The notes under the pieces are model-generated. The model worked only from the letters and a program-made list of their open reading frames with translations. It was not told the DNA's origin and searched no databases. A stretch of DNA of 64,000 nt from an uncultured Gammaproteobacteria bacterium (GTDB lineage Bacteria > Patescibacteriota > Microgenomatia > Levybacterales > UBA12049), in the NCBI GenBank assembly GCA_964474445.1, contig CAYYSJ010000006.1, positions 14,213 through 78,212 of the forward strand. The letters are read 5' to 3'. Both the position numbers and the translations under genes were made by a program. Every line of letters starts with the position of its first letter. The first letter of the stretch is position 1. Below, piece after piece: positions 25,384 through 34,735 of this stretch.

Positions 25384-28078
25384 AGCCCGGCTTTACAATA
25401 AGAATACTATGTATTCCCCGGAACCAGAAAACGTGGAGAAAAAGCAAAAACGCAATGCTCTTATTGTTGATAAAGAAGGAGTAATAGGAAAACCGTTAGC
25501 CCAGAATCTTTCAGAACACATAGCAACTGTTCTTGTCTCAAAAACAAAACCCCCCGCTGATTCAACGATTATTCATATCCCTTTTTCAGAGGTCATTCCT
25601 GCAATTCCTGATGGGTTATACAGCTACATCGTATATATTTTTGACATAAAGAGTAAGGATCTTCTTGATCCTCTCATGAAAAAAGGCGCACTCGATAAAG
25701 CAAACTTTTTTATTGTCGTTCCTTATGAACAAGTTCCTTTGTTGTCAGAGTATTTATCGAACAAAGAAGTCTACGGACATGTGATAGTGGTGGGTGATCT
25801 ATTTGGTTACGAGGATGGAGAGTTAGATGCTTGGCTTTACGAAAGCAAAAAAACGAAGAAGGTTGTCCTTTCCAACATGGGTCTTAACTCGTGGTATCCG
25901 ATTTATTTTAAAGATGCTATCAGCGCTCTCGCAGACATTTGTCTGTCCACTCACCATACAGGGAAACAGATCTACCTTCTTGCACCAACGCATCCTATTA
26001 CACAAATAACCCTCGCTCACGCATTGCAGAAAGCTGACCCTCTTCTTCGCGTTGATTTTTCGGGGACAGGAGAACAAGTCTTTTCTTCTCTTCCAGAAGG
26101 AACGCATGTCTTAGGAGGGTATGATGCCTTGAGCAAAATCACAATATATTACCAAAGTTTACCTATCAATAAACAAACAGAAAAAATATCCTTTTCTTTG
26201 TTTTCAACACCCATCAATCATTCTTCACAAAAAAAGAAAAAGGGGAATGCCATTTTTTTCATTCTCTATACACTCATCACTTTTCTATTTATGCCAGCGC
26301 TTCTTACGGTACTTACCGCAATAACAGGAAAATGGCTTCTGTTCTCGGGAATAGCTGATATAAAACAAGGCAATTTTCAGACAGCCAAACAAAAAATTGC
26401 TGCAGCATCCTCTGATATTTCTCTGTCTCAATTTTTCTCTCAAGTTGTTGGTCAAGAGCTTTCTCTTGCTGGCAAAGGAAACCAACTCGCCTCACTCAAC
26501 AGACAGCTTTCCCTTGCCTCTGTTGCAGTGGGTACATTACAAGAAGGCATTACCGTGGGGATAAACATGCAGTCTGTTATAACAGGGAAGTCTCAAAGAC
26601 CAGTAGAGGATACAAAGACTGCTGTCAATGCCCTCAAAGCAACTTTAATTATGCTGCAAAAACTTGAGGCTGAAGATCTTCCAAAGGAATACAAAGAAAC
26701 ATTACATGGACTCAATACCTATGCGCCATTTCTTGAAACAATCACAGACGAGCTTCCACAGTTGGTTGGAGCAGGGGATGAAAAGAAGTACCTGGTATTA
26801 TTCCAAAATAACACGGAACTTCGTCCTGGGGGCGGTTTTATTGGCTCCTACGGGGTATTACAGTTGAGTCATGGAAGATTCAAAGACTTTACTATCCATG
26901 ATGTGTACGATGCTGATGGACAATTGAAAGGGCATGTTGAGCCTCCATTTGCAATTAGACGATATCTTCCCCTTGTTCACTTATATCTACGCGATAGTAA
27001 CTTTGATGTAGATTTTGTAAAGAGTGCTCAAAAAGCAGCATTTATGCTACAGGCAGAGACAGGGGATAAAGTTGATGGAGTAATGGCCATTGATTTATCC
27101 TATGTTCAAAGTCTCATTAGCGCATTGGGAAGCGTTTATGTGCCAGGATATAACGAAACAGTTACAAAAGATAACTTCTTCCTTCTTACCGAACAACATG
27201 CTGAAAAAAATTCTTTCCCTGGCTCAACACAAAAAAAAGATTTCTTATCCTCACTCTCTTTTGCCCTGAAGGAAAAGTTGCAAACAAAAGGCATTCCTTA
27301 TGAAAAGCTTCTGACAAGTCTTTTAAACGGTATTGATGAGAAGCACGTATTGTTTGCTATCCAAAACCCTGTGGGACAGGAATCCTTTAGTGTTAATGGA
27401 TTGTCTTCTGCGTTATTAGATACGCGAGAAAAAGTTGATGGTATCCTGAACGATTTTATCGGAATTAATGAAGCAAATATTGGCGTTGATAAAGTTAACT
27501 ATTACATAAAAAGATCTCTTGATCAAAAAGTGTTGGTTACTGATAAAGGGGAAGTGAAAGAGTCGGTCATTCTTTCATATACAAATACCTCTGATGGAAC
27601 ATGGCCAGGAGGGGATTACAAAAATTATCTTCGCTTTATTCTCCCCAAGAATGCGACACTGGATAGTGTTGCAATAAACGGTATTGATCAAAAGATCATA
27701 CCAGCAGTGACAGACCCTCAGATCTATGAAGCACCATATTTTGTTGCACCGAAAGGTTTGGAAGTTGAAAGAGCAGACGAAAATGAAAAAAGCATATATG
27801 GTTTCTTAGTAAACATTCCAGTGAAATCCTCTGTACAGGTGGCAATTTCTTACACACTAGCAGAAGCGGTGAATACAAATCAATCTCTCCCAAAATACTC
27901 ACTGCAGCTCTTCAAACAGCCAGGTATCGACATTTTGCCTTATACGTTGGAAGTAGCATATCCCCGAGGGTATTCTTTACTTACCGCTAACCCAAAGGTT
28001 AGTAGTACAAATAGTGTCGTCTCTTTTACCCAAAATATTGTTAAAGATATGCTTCTTGAAGTAGATTTTAAACAGTAA
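25364..28078 (+). CDS. Large membrane protein: N-terminal cytoplasmic domain, one TM, extracytoplasmic DUF4012-like domain
   Basis: TM AIFFILYTLITFLFMPALLTVLTAI; ELRPGGGFIGSYGVLQLSHGRF matches my recollection of DUF4012. Confidence 0.5.
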   Translation: MHWTTSKARLYNKNTMYSPEPENVEKKQKRNALIVDKEGVIGKPLAQNLSEHIATVLVSKTKPPADSTIIHIPFSEVIPAIPDGLYSYIVYIFDIKSKDLLDPLMKKGALDKANFFIVVPYEQVPLLSEYLSNKEVYGHVIVVGDLFGYEDGELDAWLYESKKTKKVVLSNMGLNSWYPIYFKDAISALADICLSTHHTGKQIYLLAPTHPITQITLAHALQKADPLLRVDFSGTGEQVFSSLPEGTHVLGGYDALSKITIYYQSLPINKQTEKISFSLFSTPINHSSQKKKKGNAIFFILYTLITFLFMPALLTVLTAITGKWLLFSGIADIKQGNFQTAKQKIAAASSDISLSQFFSQVVGQELSLAGKGNQLASLNRQLSLASVAVGTLQEGITVGINMQSVITGKSQRPVEDTKTAVNALKATLIMLQKLEAEDLPKEYKETLHGLNTYAPFLETITDELPQLVGAGDEKKYLVLFQNNTELRPGGGFIGSYGVLQLSHGRFKDFTIHDVYDADGQLKGHVEPPFAIRRYLPLVHLYLRDSNFDVDFVKSAQKAAFMLQAETGDKVDGVMAIDLSYVQSLISALGSVYVPGYNETVTKDNFFLLTEQHAEKNSFPGSTQKKDFLSSLSFALKEKLQTKGIPYEKLLTSLLNGIDEKHVLFAIQNPVGQESFSVNGLSSALLDTREKVDGILNDFIGINEANIGVDKVNYYIKRSLDQKVLVTDKGEVKESVILSYTNTSDGTWPGGDYKNYLRFILPKNATLDSVAINGIDQKIIPAVTDPQIYEAPYFVAPKGLEVERADENEKSIYGFLVNIPVKSSVQVAISYTLAEAVNTNQSLPKYSLQLFKQPGIDILPYTLEVAYPRGYSLLTANPKVSSTNSVVSFTQNIVKDMLLEVDFKQ

Positions 28079-28915
28079 CTAACTAACAAAAAGCAAAATT
28101 GCGAGACGATATATTTCCCAGAGTCCCCATAACGCAATACCGATAAATGCAAGACTCCCAAAAAGAATGATAACAGGTTGTTTGACAACTCTAACCGTTG
28201 CCGACGGAGAAGCAAAAAGAGCAATGTTTAAAAGCATGTGTCCTAGGAAAACCCCAATGGAAAATCCAAAGACATTGATAACATTAAAAAGTGGAATATA
28301 CCCCGCAAAATCATCAAGTCCCAAAATAAGTGGGACGGTAAATGCAAAAATCCCAAGAGCAAGGAATGACGACCTGGCAGTTGATTGGGCAGATGTATGA
28401 GGAACAATAACTCTAATAAGGGGCTCAAAGAGTTTATTAATGTCTTTAAGGACTGTTAGTATGGGGTGAATGAGCGAAAGAGTAAACGAGGGGAGGTGTT
28501 TATTAAATGCCAAAAGTTCCTCAAGTCCTTCTTCTGCCATTTCTAACAACACAACTGAGGCAAGAAAAATCATAAACATCATAAGCAGAGGAACTTCTTT
28601 AAAAAATGTCCAAACAATGAGTACAAAGAGCGTTCCTGCTGCATTTCCAAGTGCCGTTCCAATTTCTATAGCAATTCGCTTTCTCCATCCAGGATTTTTT
28701 GCCATTAACTTTCCCATAAAAATTGCAAAATCAACAGAAGTCTTTAGATATATGGTGAGACCTACCAGAATGTCAGTGAGATGAATACGCGGAATTATTT
28801 TGTCAGAAAGAGGAAAAAGATTAAGCAGTGCAATAAAGTTATAGAGAAGAATACAAAGTGCAAAAAATGTTAAAACGGTTAAGAAAATGGGGAAGAGTTG
28901 TTGAGAAAACTTCAT
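28079..28915 (-). CDS. Hypothetical polytopic membrane protein
   Basis: At least eight hydrophobic helices; internal acidic loop EMAEEGLEELLAF; no firm family assignment. Confidence 0.45.
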   Translation of the reverse strand: MKFSQQLFPIFLTVLTFFALCILLYNFIALLNLFPLSDKIIPRIHLTDILVGLTIYLKTSVDFAIFMGKLMAKNPGWRKRIAIEIGTALGNAAGTLFVLIVWTFFKEVPLLMMFMIFLASVVLLEMAEEGLEELLAFNKHLPSFTLSLIHPILTVLKDINKLFEPLIRVIVPHTSAQSTARSSFLALGIFAFTVPLILGLDDFAGYIPLFNVINVFGFSIGVFLGHMLLNIALFASPSATVRVVKQPVIILFGSLAFIGIALWGLWEIYRLAILLFVS

Positions 28916-28977
28916 GGCTTGTCTTATTGGGAGTCACTATCTCTTACCGTAATTTATATTTCTAACTGATGAACTCG

Positions 28978-29682
28978 TCAACTAGTTGAATTGCATAAGA
29001 CACAATCCTCCTGCCCACAATGCAAACGATCTTGTTTTTTCTTCCTCATATTTCTTCCATGTTCAATTAAAAGGTAGGTGAGTGAAAACCAGTCTTTTTG
29101 GTCAAAAAGTTTCATTAAGTCCTGCTCAATCTTTTCCGGAGTTTTCTCTTTGGTAAGACCAAGGAGTTGGGATTGTTTTGCAACATGCGTATCAACAGCA
29201 ATTCCTTCATAAATTCCGTATGCGTTTCCTAAGAAAACATTAGCTGTTTTTCGTCCAACGCCTGGGATAGTTGTTAATTCTGCAATAGAATGGGGGAGAA
29301 TTCCGTGATACGTATCCAACACTGTCTTTGCTGCTGCCTGAACACTACGTGCTTTATTATGATAAAAGCCTGTCGGTTTTATATCTTGCTCAAGTTCCGT
29401 AATTGGTACAAACGCAAAGTTAACAAGCTCAATAATTTCCTCCTTTGGTAATTGAATTCGCATATATTTTTGATAATTGTCAAGGAATTCTGGTCTTTCT
29501 CTCCTGTATTTTGGAAAAACGATGGATGTTACCTCATTAACTTTTTTATCGGTACATTGTGCAGAGAGAATGATAGCAATCAATAGTTCAAAGTTATTCC
29601 CCCATTGCAATATCATTTTTGCATCAGGGTAGTGCTGTTTAAGTAGTTTAAAAATATGATAAGCGTATTCTTTAGAAACCAT
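28978..29682 (-). CDS. nth: Endonuclease III (HhH-GPD DNA glycosylase with 4Fe-4S cluster)
   Basis: HhH LTTIPGVGRKTANVFLGNAYG; C-terminal Cys cluster C-x6-C-x2-C. Confidence 0.85.
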   Translation of the reverse strand: MVSKEYAYHIFKLLKQHYPDAKMILQWGNNFELLIAIILSAQCTDKKVNEVTSIVFPKYRRERPEFLDNYQKYMRIQLPKEEIIELVNFAFVPITELEQDIKPTGFYHNKARSVQAAAKTVLDTYHGILPHSIAELTTIPGVGRKTANVFLGNAYGIYEGIAVDTHVAKQSQLLGLTKEKTPEKIEQDLMKLFDQKDWFSLTYLLIEHGRNMRKKKQDRLHCGQEDCVLCNSTS

Positions 29683-29703
29683 ACAAAGATTATAGCAGAG
29701 GAT

Positions 29704-30903
29704 TTATTTTTTCTTGAGTGCTTCAAGACCGGGGAGAGTACCATTCTCAATAAATTCTAGCATTGCTCCGCCACCAGTTGAAATGTGGGTTATTTTTTCT
29801 AAATGGTGTTTGTGTTGAATGGCATTAAGTGTATCTCCTCCTCCAACGATGGAAATAGCATCGGGGTTGTGAGCAATAGAAAAGTAAATAAAATCTGTCC
29901 CTTGTTTGTATGCTGGGTTCTCAAATAATCCCATTGGCCCATTCCAGACTATTGTTCTGGCTTTTGCAATGATTGCGCCAAAACGTGCTTTCGTCTCAGG
30001 TCCAATATCCAGTGCAGAGCCTCCTTCTGGAATTTCATTAATGCGATAGACTTTTCCGGCATGCTTTGTATTCTTTGGGTCACCCACGACAACATCGGAT
30101 GGCAAAACAACCATGGTATTTCTTTGAGCCGCCATAAAAAGAAGTTTCTTTGCATTCTCTACTTCTTCCAATTCACAGTAACTTTTCCCAATGTTATACC
30201 CTTCTGCACAGAAGAACGTATTAGCAAGCCCTCCTCCTAAAATCAGGTAATCTGCAAGTTCGAGCAATTTCCCAAGAATAGGGAGTTTGGTTGAAATTTT
30301 TGCTCCTCCAATAATTGCAACAAGAGGTTTTTTAGGATTTTTAATAACCTTTGCAATCATGGTTACTTCCTTAGTAAGAAGGAGGCCTGCATATGAGGGA
30401 AGATAGTGAGGAAGACCAACAACTGTTGCAGATTTCCTATGAGAAACACCAAAAGCATCATTTACAAAAACATCACCGAGAGAGGCAAGTTCTTTGGTAA
30501 AAGTTTGATCGTTTGTTTTTTCTCCTGGATAGAATCGAAGATTCTCCAAAAGAATAATGTCTTTCTCTGTTTGATCTTCAAGTTGTTTTTTCCCTTCTTC
30601 AGTTTGAAAATCATTGACCAAAACAATATTGAAGTGTGGAAAATATTTCTGCAAATCTTTAGCAACAATTGCGAGGGAAAAATTCGGATCTCGTTCCTCA
30701 GGTCTTCCTAAGTGTGACAGAAGAATAAGCTTATTTTTGTGTTTTAACAAATATTCAAGAGTAGGGAGGGATTGGGTAATACGAGTATCATTTGCTATTT
30801 CCCCGTCATGAAGAGCAATATTATAATCAACCCGAATAATAACTCGCTTATTTTCTATCTTTGCATCTTGAATCGTTGGAATATTAAATCCGTCTTTTAT
30901 CAT
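29704..30903 (-). CDS. pgk: Phosphoglycerate kinase
   Basis: VNDAFGVSHR and GGGAMLEFIENGTLPG motifs; about 400 aa. Confidence 0.9.
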   Translation of the reverse strand: MIKDGFNIPTIQDAKIENKRVIIRVDYNIALHDGEIANDTRITQSLPTLEYLLKHKNKLILLSHLGRPEERDPNFSLAIVAKDLQKYFPHFNIVLVNDFQTEEGKKQLEDQTEKDIILLENLRFYPGEKTNDQTFTKELASLGDVFVNDAFGVSHRKSATVVGLPHYLPSYAGLLLTKEVTMIAKVIKNPKKPLVAIIGGAKISTKLPILGKLLELADYLILGGGLANTFFCAEGYNIGKSYCELEEVENAKKLLFMAAQRNTMVVLPSDVVVGDPKNTKHAGKVYRINEIPEGGSALDIGPETKARFGAIIAKARTIVWNGPMGLFENPAYKQGTDFIYFSIAHNPDAISIVGGGDTLNAIQHKHHLEKITHISTGGGAMLEFIENGTLPGLEALKKK

Positions 30904-31847
30904 TGGTACTGTAAGTATTCTAAAACATTTTTCCTGCTACCCGCAATGAGAGGAATTCTTTGATGAATATGGGTAGGTTTTGCTTTAAGCAATGGGGAAT
31001 GTCCTTGTACCGCCATACCTCCTGCTGTTTCAATAAGAAAAGCCATTGGATTTGCTTCAAGCATCAGTCGAAGTTTTCCTTCAGGGTGTTTGGTCTCAGA
31101 AGGGTAGAGAAAAATGCCACCTTTGAGAAGAGTCCGATGAATATCTGCGACTAGTGATCCAATATATCGAAGAGACGATTTTGGTTTGTTTTTGAGTGAT
31201 GAGAGGTATGCTTGTATGTGTGTTGAAAAAAGTGGGGAGTACGCTTCATTAAGAGAGTATGTTGATCCCTCTTCTGGAATTTTGATATCAGGATGAGAGA
31301 GTAGGAAACTTCCCATAGATGGATCTAAAGTAAATCCATTAACGCTTTCGCCTGTTGTATAGACAAGCATGGTACTTGAGCCGTAGATAGCATAGCCAGC
31401 AGCGACTTGTTTGGTTCCCTGTTGAAGAAGGGTCTTCCCTTTATGATAAATAGAAAAAATTGTTCCGATAGGGGCGTTTGTATCAATGTTGGACGATCCA
31501 TCTAAAGGGTCGAAATAAACAATATAGTCTCCAGCCTGTTTTTTAGGAGTATAAATAGGGTGTTCCACCTCTTCTGAAATAAGTGCGTAGGTTTGACCGC
31601 TTGCTTGTAGCATAGCGGTAAGTTTGGTATTACTAAATTCATCAAGTTTTTGTACTTCTTCTTGAAATGAGTTTGTTTTTCCTGTTGACCCGAGAATATC
31701 AACAAGCCCTGACTCTCTCACATGACTTGCAATAATTTTTGCAGCATTTTCGAGTTGTACCAATAAAAGGGTAAAATTGCCTGTTGCATGTGGATGCTTC
31801 TCTTCTTCAGCAAGGAGAAAGTCTGTAAACGTAACAATATGATTCAT
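30900..31847 (-). CDS. fbp: Fructose-1,6-bisphosphatase class 1
   Basis: DPLDGSSNIDTNAPIGTIFSIY metal-binding motif; 4-nt overlaps with pgk and gdhA. Confidence 0.85.
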   Translation of the reverse strand: MNHIVTFTDFLLAEEEKHPHATGNFTLLLVQLENAAKIIASHVRESGLVDILGSTGKTNSFQEEVQKLDEFSNTKLTAMLQASGQTYALISEEVEHPIYTPKKQAGDYIVYFDPLDGSSNIDTNAPIGTIFSIYHKGKTLLQQGTKQVAAGYAIYGSSTMLVYTTGESVNGFTLDPSMGSFLLSHPDIKIPEEGSTYSLNEAYSPLFSTHIQAYLSSLKNKPKSSLRYIGSLVADIHRTLLKGGIFLYPSETKHPEGKLRLMLEANPMAFLIETAGGMAVQGHSPLLKAKPTHIHQRIPLIAGSRKNVLEYLQYQ

Positions 31848-33142
31848 TTGTTTCCTTGTTTTCCCCAGACTTTAACAATTCTTTTTAATGCGAGTATATA
31901 TGCAGCGTCTCTCAGATTTACTTTATATGTTTTCTGTGCTGCAAGCACTTCTCTCGTTACTCTCTCGAGTCGATTTTTTAAACGAGAAAAAACTTCTTTT
32001 TTATTCCATGTTTCCTCATGCATATTTTGATACCACTCATAATAAGATGTTGTTACTCCTCCTGAATTAGCAAGGATATCTGGAATAACAATTGTTCCTT
32101 CTTTATCTAACAGGGCATCTGCACCATTGGTAATAGGCCCATTTGCCATTTCCAAAATAATCGACGCTTTAACCCGAGAAGCATTTTCTTTTGTAATAAC
32201 ATTTTCAAGGGCTGCTGGGACTAAAACATCCACATCAAGCTCCAATAGCTCTTCATTTGTTATCTTTCGTCCTTTTTTTAAATCGCATACTGATCCAACG
32301 CAATAACATCCTGAGAGGTATCCTTTCTTTTGTTTGCATTCAAGTGTTAGCTTTGGATTAAGACCCTCCTCGACGAAAATACCTTCTTTCGAGTCGGAGA
32401 CTGCTACGACTTTCATGCCAGCATCTGCTAAATACGTAGCAATGTAATAGCCAACATTTCCAAATCCTTGCACTGCAACGGTCATTCCTTTTGGATTCTT
32501 CTTCAACTTTCGAAGCGTTTCAAGAAGTACGTAACTTCCTCCAATCCCTGTTGCTTCTGTTCTCCCTCGAGAACCACCTTTATTCAACGGTTTTCCTGTG
32601 AGAGCAGCTCGTAATTGGGCCTTTGGCAATTGCTGTTTGACATGTTTTGCATATTCATCAACCATCCATGCCATAACTTTGGGATTTGTATTCACATCAG
32701 GAGCTGGGACATCAATTGTCGGTCCAATTACTGTTCCAAGACGGTTGATAAACAATTTACTTAATTGCTTTAACTCTTCTTCAGATAATTCTTTTGGATT
32801 GACAGTAATTCCTCCTTTTCCTCCACCAAAAGGGATATCAACAACAGCACATTTCATCGTCATCCAAAAAGCAAGTGCACGTACTTCATCCATGGAGACA
32901 TCTGGGTGATAGCGAAGACCTCCTTTGTACGGTCCAAGAATGTTATCATGCTGAACCCGATATCCTTCAAAGACTTTGACAGTTCCATTATCCATTTTCA
33001 AAGGAAGTGACACTGAAATTGTCCTATCTGGTTCAGAGAGTCGTGCTAGAAGAAGAGGAGGGATATTGATCTGTGCAGAAACTTTTTCTAATTGTCTTTT
33101 TGCTCGAAGCCAAGGGTTATTTGTATCCATGTGAGATAGCAT
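31844..33142 (-). CDS. gdhA: Glutamate dehydrogenase (Glu/Leu/Phe/Val dehydrogenase family)
   Basis: GGGKGGITVNP active-site region and NAD(P) Rossmann QGFGNVGYYIATYLADAGMKVVAVSD; start at ATG 33142 (MLSHMDTNNP) or 33130. Confidence 0.85.
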   Translation of the reverse strand: MLSHMDTNNPWLRAKRQLEKVSAQINIPPLLLARLSEPDRTISVSLPLKMDNGTVKVFEGYRVQHDNILGPYKGGLRYHPDVSMDEVRALAFWMTMKCAVVDIPFGGGKGGITVNPKELSEEELKQLSKLFINRLGTVIGPTIDVPAPDVNTNPKVMAWMVDEYAKHVKQQLPKAQLRAALTGKPLNKGGSRGRTEATGIGGSYVLLETLRKLKKNPKGMTVAVQGFGNVGYYIATYLADAGMKVVAVSDSKEGIFVEEGLNPKLTLECKQKKGYLSGCYCVGSVCDLKKGRKITNEELLELDVDVLVPAALENVITKENASRVKASIILEMANGPITNGADALLDKEGTIVIPDILANSGGVTTSYYEWYQNMHEETWNKKEVFSRLKNRLERVTREVLAAQKTYKVNLRDAAYILALKRIVKVWGKQGNK

Positions 33143-33238
33143 AGAGTATATAGTACTCCCCAACTTGACGCAAGAAAAACATTTACAAACACAAATACCT
33201 GACAAAACTCATGGCAAAAAAAAGAAAAAAGAGCTATA

Positions 33239-34561
33239 ATGCACCCAACTATGGACATTTCAGTTACAGAAATGCAGTATCCCCTTAGCTTTCGTACCCA
33301 GGAAGCACGTCTTCTGGGAGATAATCTTCAACATCGCCATAGCGTCGAATTTATTGGCATGAAACGGGTTGGTATTAGTAACTTCCTGAGATTTTTTCTC
33401 TATCATAAGGACATCAAGAAACAATATCTTCCTCATGATGGCAAAAATCTTTTTATTCCTGTTGACCTGAATAACCTTATTGAACGAGAAATTTTCCCTT
33501 TCTGGAGACTTACGTTCAAAAGAATTGTCGATACAGTTGAAAATAACCTTTTTGATAGCGCAATAAAACAGAAAATTAATGATCTGTTTCTGAGTAGTAT
33601 CCAATCAGGGGACTTATTCCTTACGTTTGATGGAGTACGAGAATCACTCGTGCAATTGGTAAAAGCAAATATCTATCCAACAATTTTTTTACTTCGTTTC
33701 GATAGACTTTCAGAAGCAGCTACTCCAGAATTTTTCAACAACCTACAAAGCCTTCAAGATGCTACTAATCAAAAACTTTCCTATGTCTTCACCAGTTCTC
33801 GAGAATTGGATAAATTGTCTCCGACTGTTTTTTCAAGACAAGCAGTTTCTTCCTTTGTTAACACGCTCTATATAAAGCCATCAGGAAAAGCAGATATGGA
33901 TATTATTTTTGAAACAATTGCTGAAAAATACAATTTGTCAGTTCCTCCCACTTTGAAAGATATTTTGATTGATCTTTCGGGGGGCCATTTGCAGTATTTA
34001 CAACTCTCACTTACCATTCTGCATGAGTTAAGCACAAAGAAAAAATTGGCGACAGAAGATGAAGTTATTATGGCAATAGAATCAGACGAGCGTATCTCTT
34101 TGCAGTCTGAAGAATTATGGGAAAGCCTCACTCCAGAAGAACGCGATATTGCAAAACGAGTAGATGAAGGGAAAAAGGTTACCCCTTCTGAAAAAGAAGC
34201 AGCAAAATATTTATGGAATACGGGTTTTGTTGTTGAAGATCATGGAATGAGTCATCTTTTCAGCCCATTGTTATCAAATTTTGTTGAAAATGGGGAAAAG
34301 AAGAAAAATCCAGAGGGAGTTGCTATTGAATTCAGTAAAAAAGAGAATATGCTTTTTGAACTTTTATCCGAACATCCAAACATTGTCGTTGAGCGGGAGA
34401 AAATTGTTGAGGAAGTCTGGCCTGAATATAAAGAATATGGTGTTTCGGATTGGTCTGTTGATAGACTTGTTGCTCGAGTAAGACAGAAACTCAAAAAGCG
34501 ACGAAGCGATGTGGAGATAATTACAGTCAGAACTCGTGGATACAAATTGGTTACTAAATAA
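33239..34561 (+). CDS. Second NTPase-like plus OmpR/PhoB-type winged-helix regulator (paralogue of 7559..8902), no receiver domain
   Basis: C-terminus FELLSEHPNIVVEREKIVEEVWPEYKEYGVSDWSVDRLVARVRQKLKKRRSDVEIITVRTRGYKLV (trans_reg_C); N-terminal SVEFIGMKRVGISNFLRFF P-loop-like. Confidence 0.55.
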   Translation: MHPTMDISVTEMQYPLSFRTQEARLLGDNLQHRHSVEFIGMKRVGISNFLRFFLYHKDIKKQYLPHDGKNLFIPVDLNNLIEREIFPFWRLTFKRIVDTVENNLFDSAIKQKINDLFLSSIQSGDLFLTFDGVRESLVQLVKANIYPTIFLLRFDRLSEAATPEFFNNLQSLQDATNQKLSYVFTSSRELDKLSPTVFSRQAVSSFVNTLYIKPSGKADMDIIFETIAEKYNLSVPPTLKDILIDLSGGHLQYLQLSLTILHELSTKKKLATEDEVIMAIESDERISLQSEELWESLTPEERDIAKRVDEGKKVTPSEKEAAKYLWNTGFVVEDHGMSHLFSPLLSNFVENGEKKKNPEGVAIEFSKKENMLFELLSEHPNIVVEREKIVEEVWPEYKEYGVSDWSVDRLVARVRQKLKKRRSDVEIITVRTRGYKLVTK

Positions 34562-34572
34562 AGCCTTACGTT

Positions 34573-34601
34573 TTGACAAGATAATGCGTGAGTGGTATAG
34601 T
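34573..34601 (+). promoter_or_regulatory. Sigma-70-type promoter upstream of valS
   Basis: TTGACA (34573-34578), 17-bp spacer, TATAGT (34596-34601). Confidence 0.5.
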
Positions 34602-34679
34602 GCAGTATATGAATAGAAAAAACTCAGTTGTCACTATCGTCCCTCTTTCTTGAGGCGGATTGACCGTGACACGCTCGAT

Positions 34680-34708
34680 ACCGCCGGAAGGCGGTTTTTC
34701 TTTATTTG
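34680..34708 (+). terminator. Leader terminator/attenuator hairpin between the valS promoter and start codon
   Basis: ACCGCC-GGAA-GGCGGT hairpin with GNRA loop, then TTTTTCTTTATTT; upstream GGCGG (34654-34658) could pair with the 5-prime arm. Confidence 0.5.
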
Positions 34709-34735
34709 AAAGGTTAAACAGGGTATAATAAGCAT

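Noticed and set aside
34605-34735. Calling the valS leader a canonical T-box riboswitch
   Set aside because: The leader is only about 130 nt and I cannot identify a Stem I, specifier loop or exact T-box consensus; kept only as a generic terminator/anti-terminator attenuator candidate.
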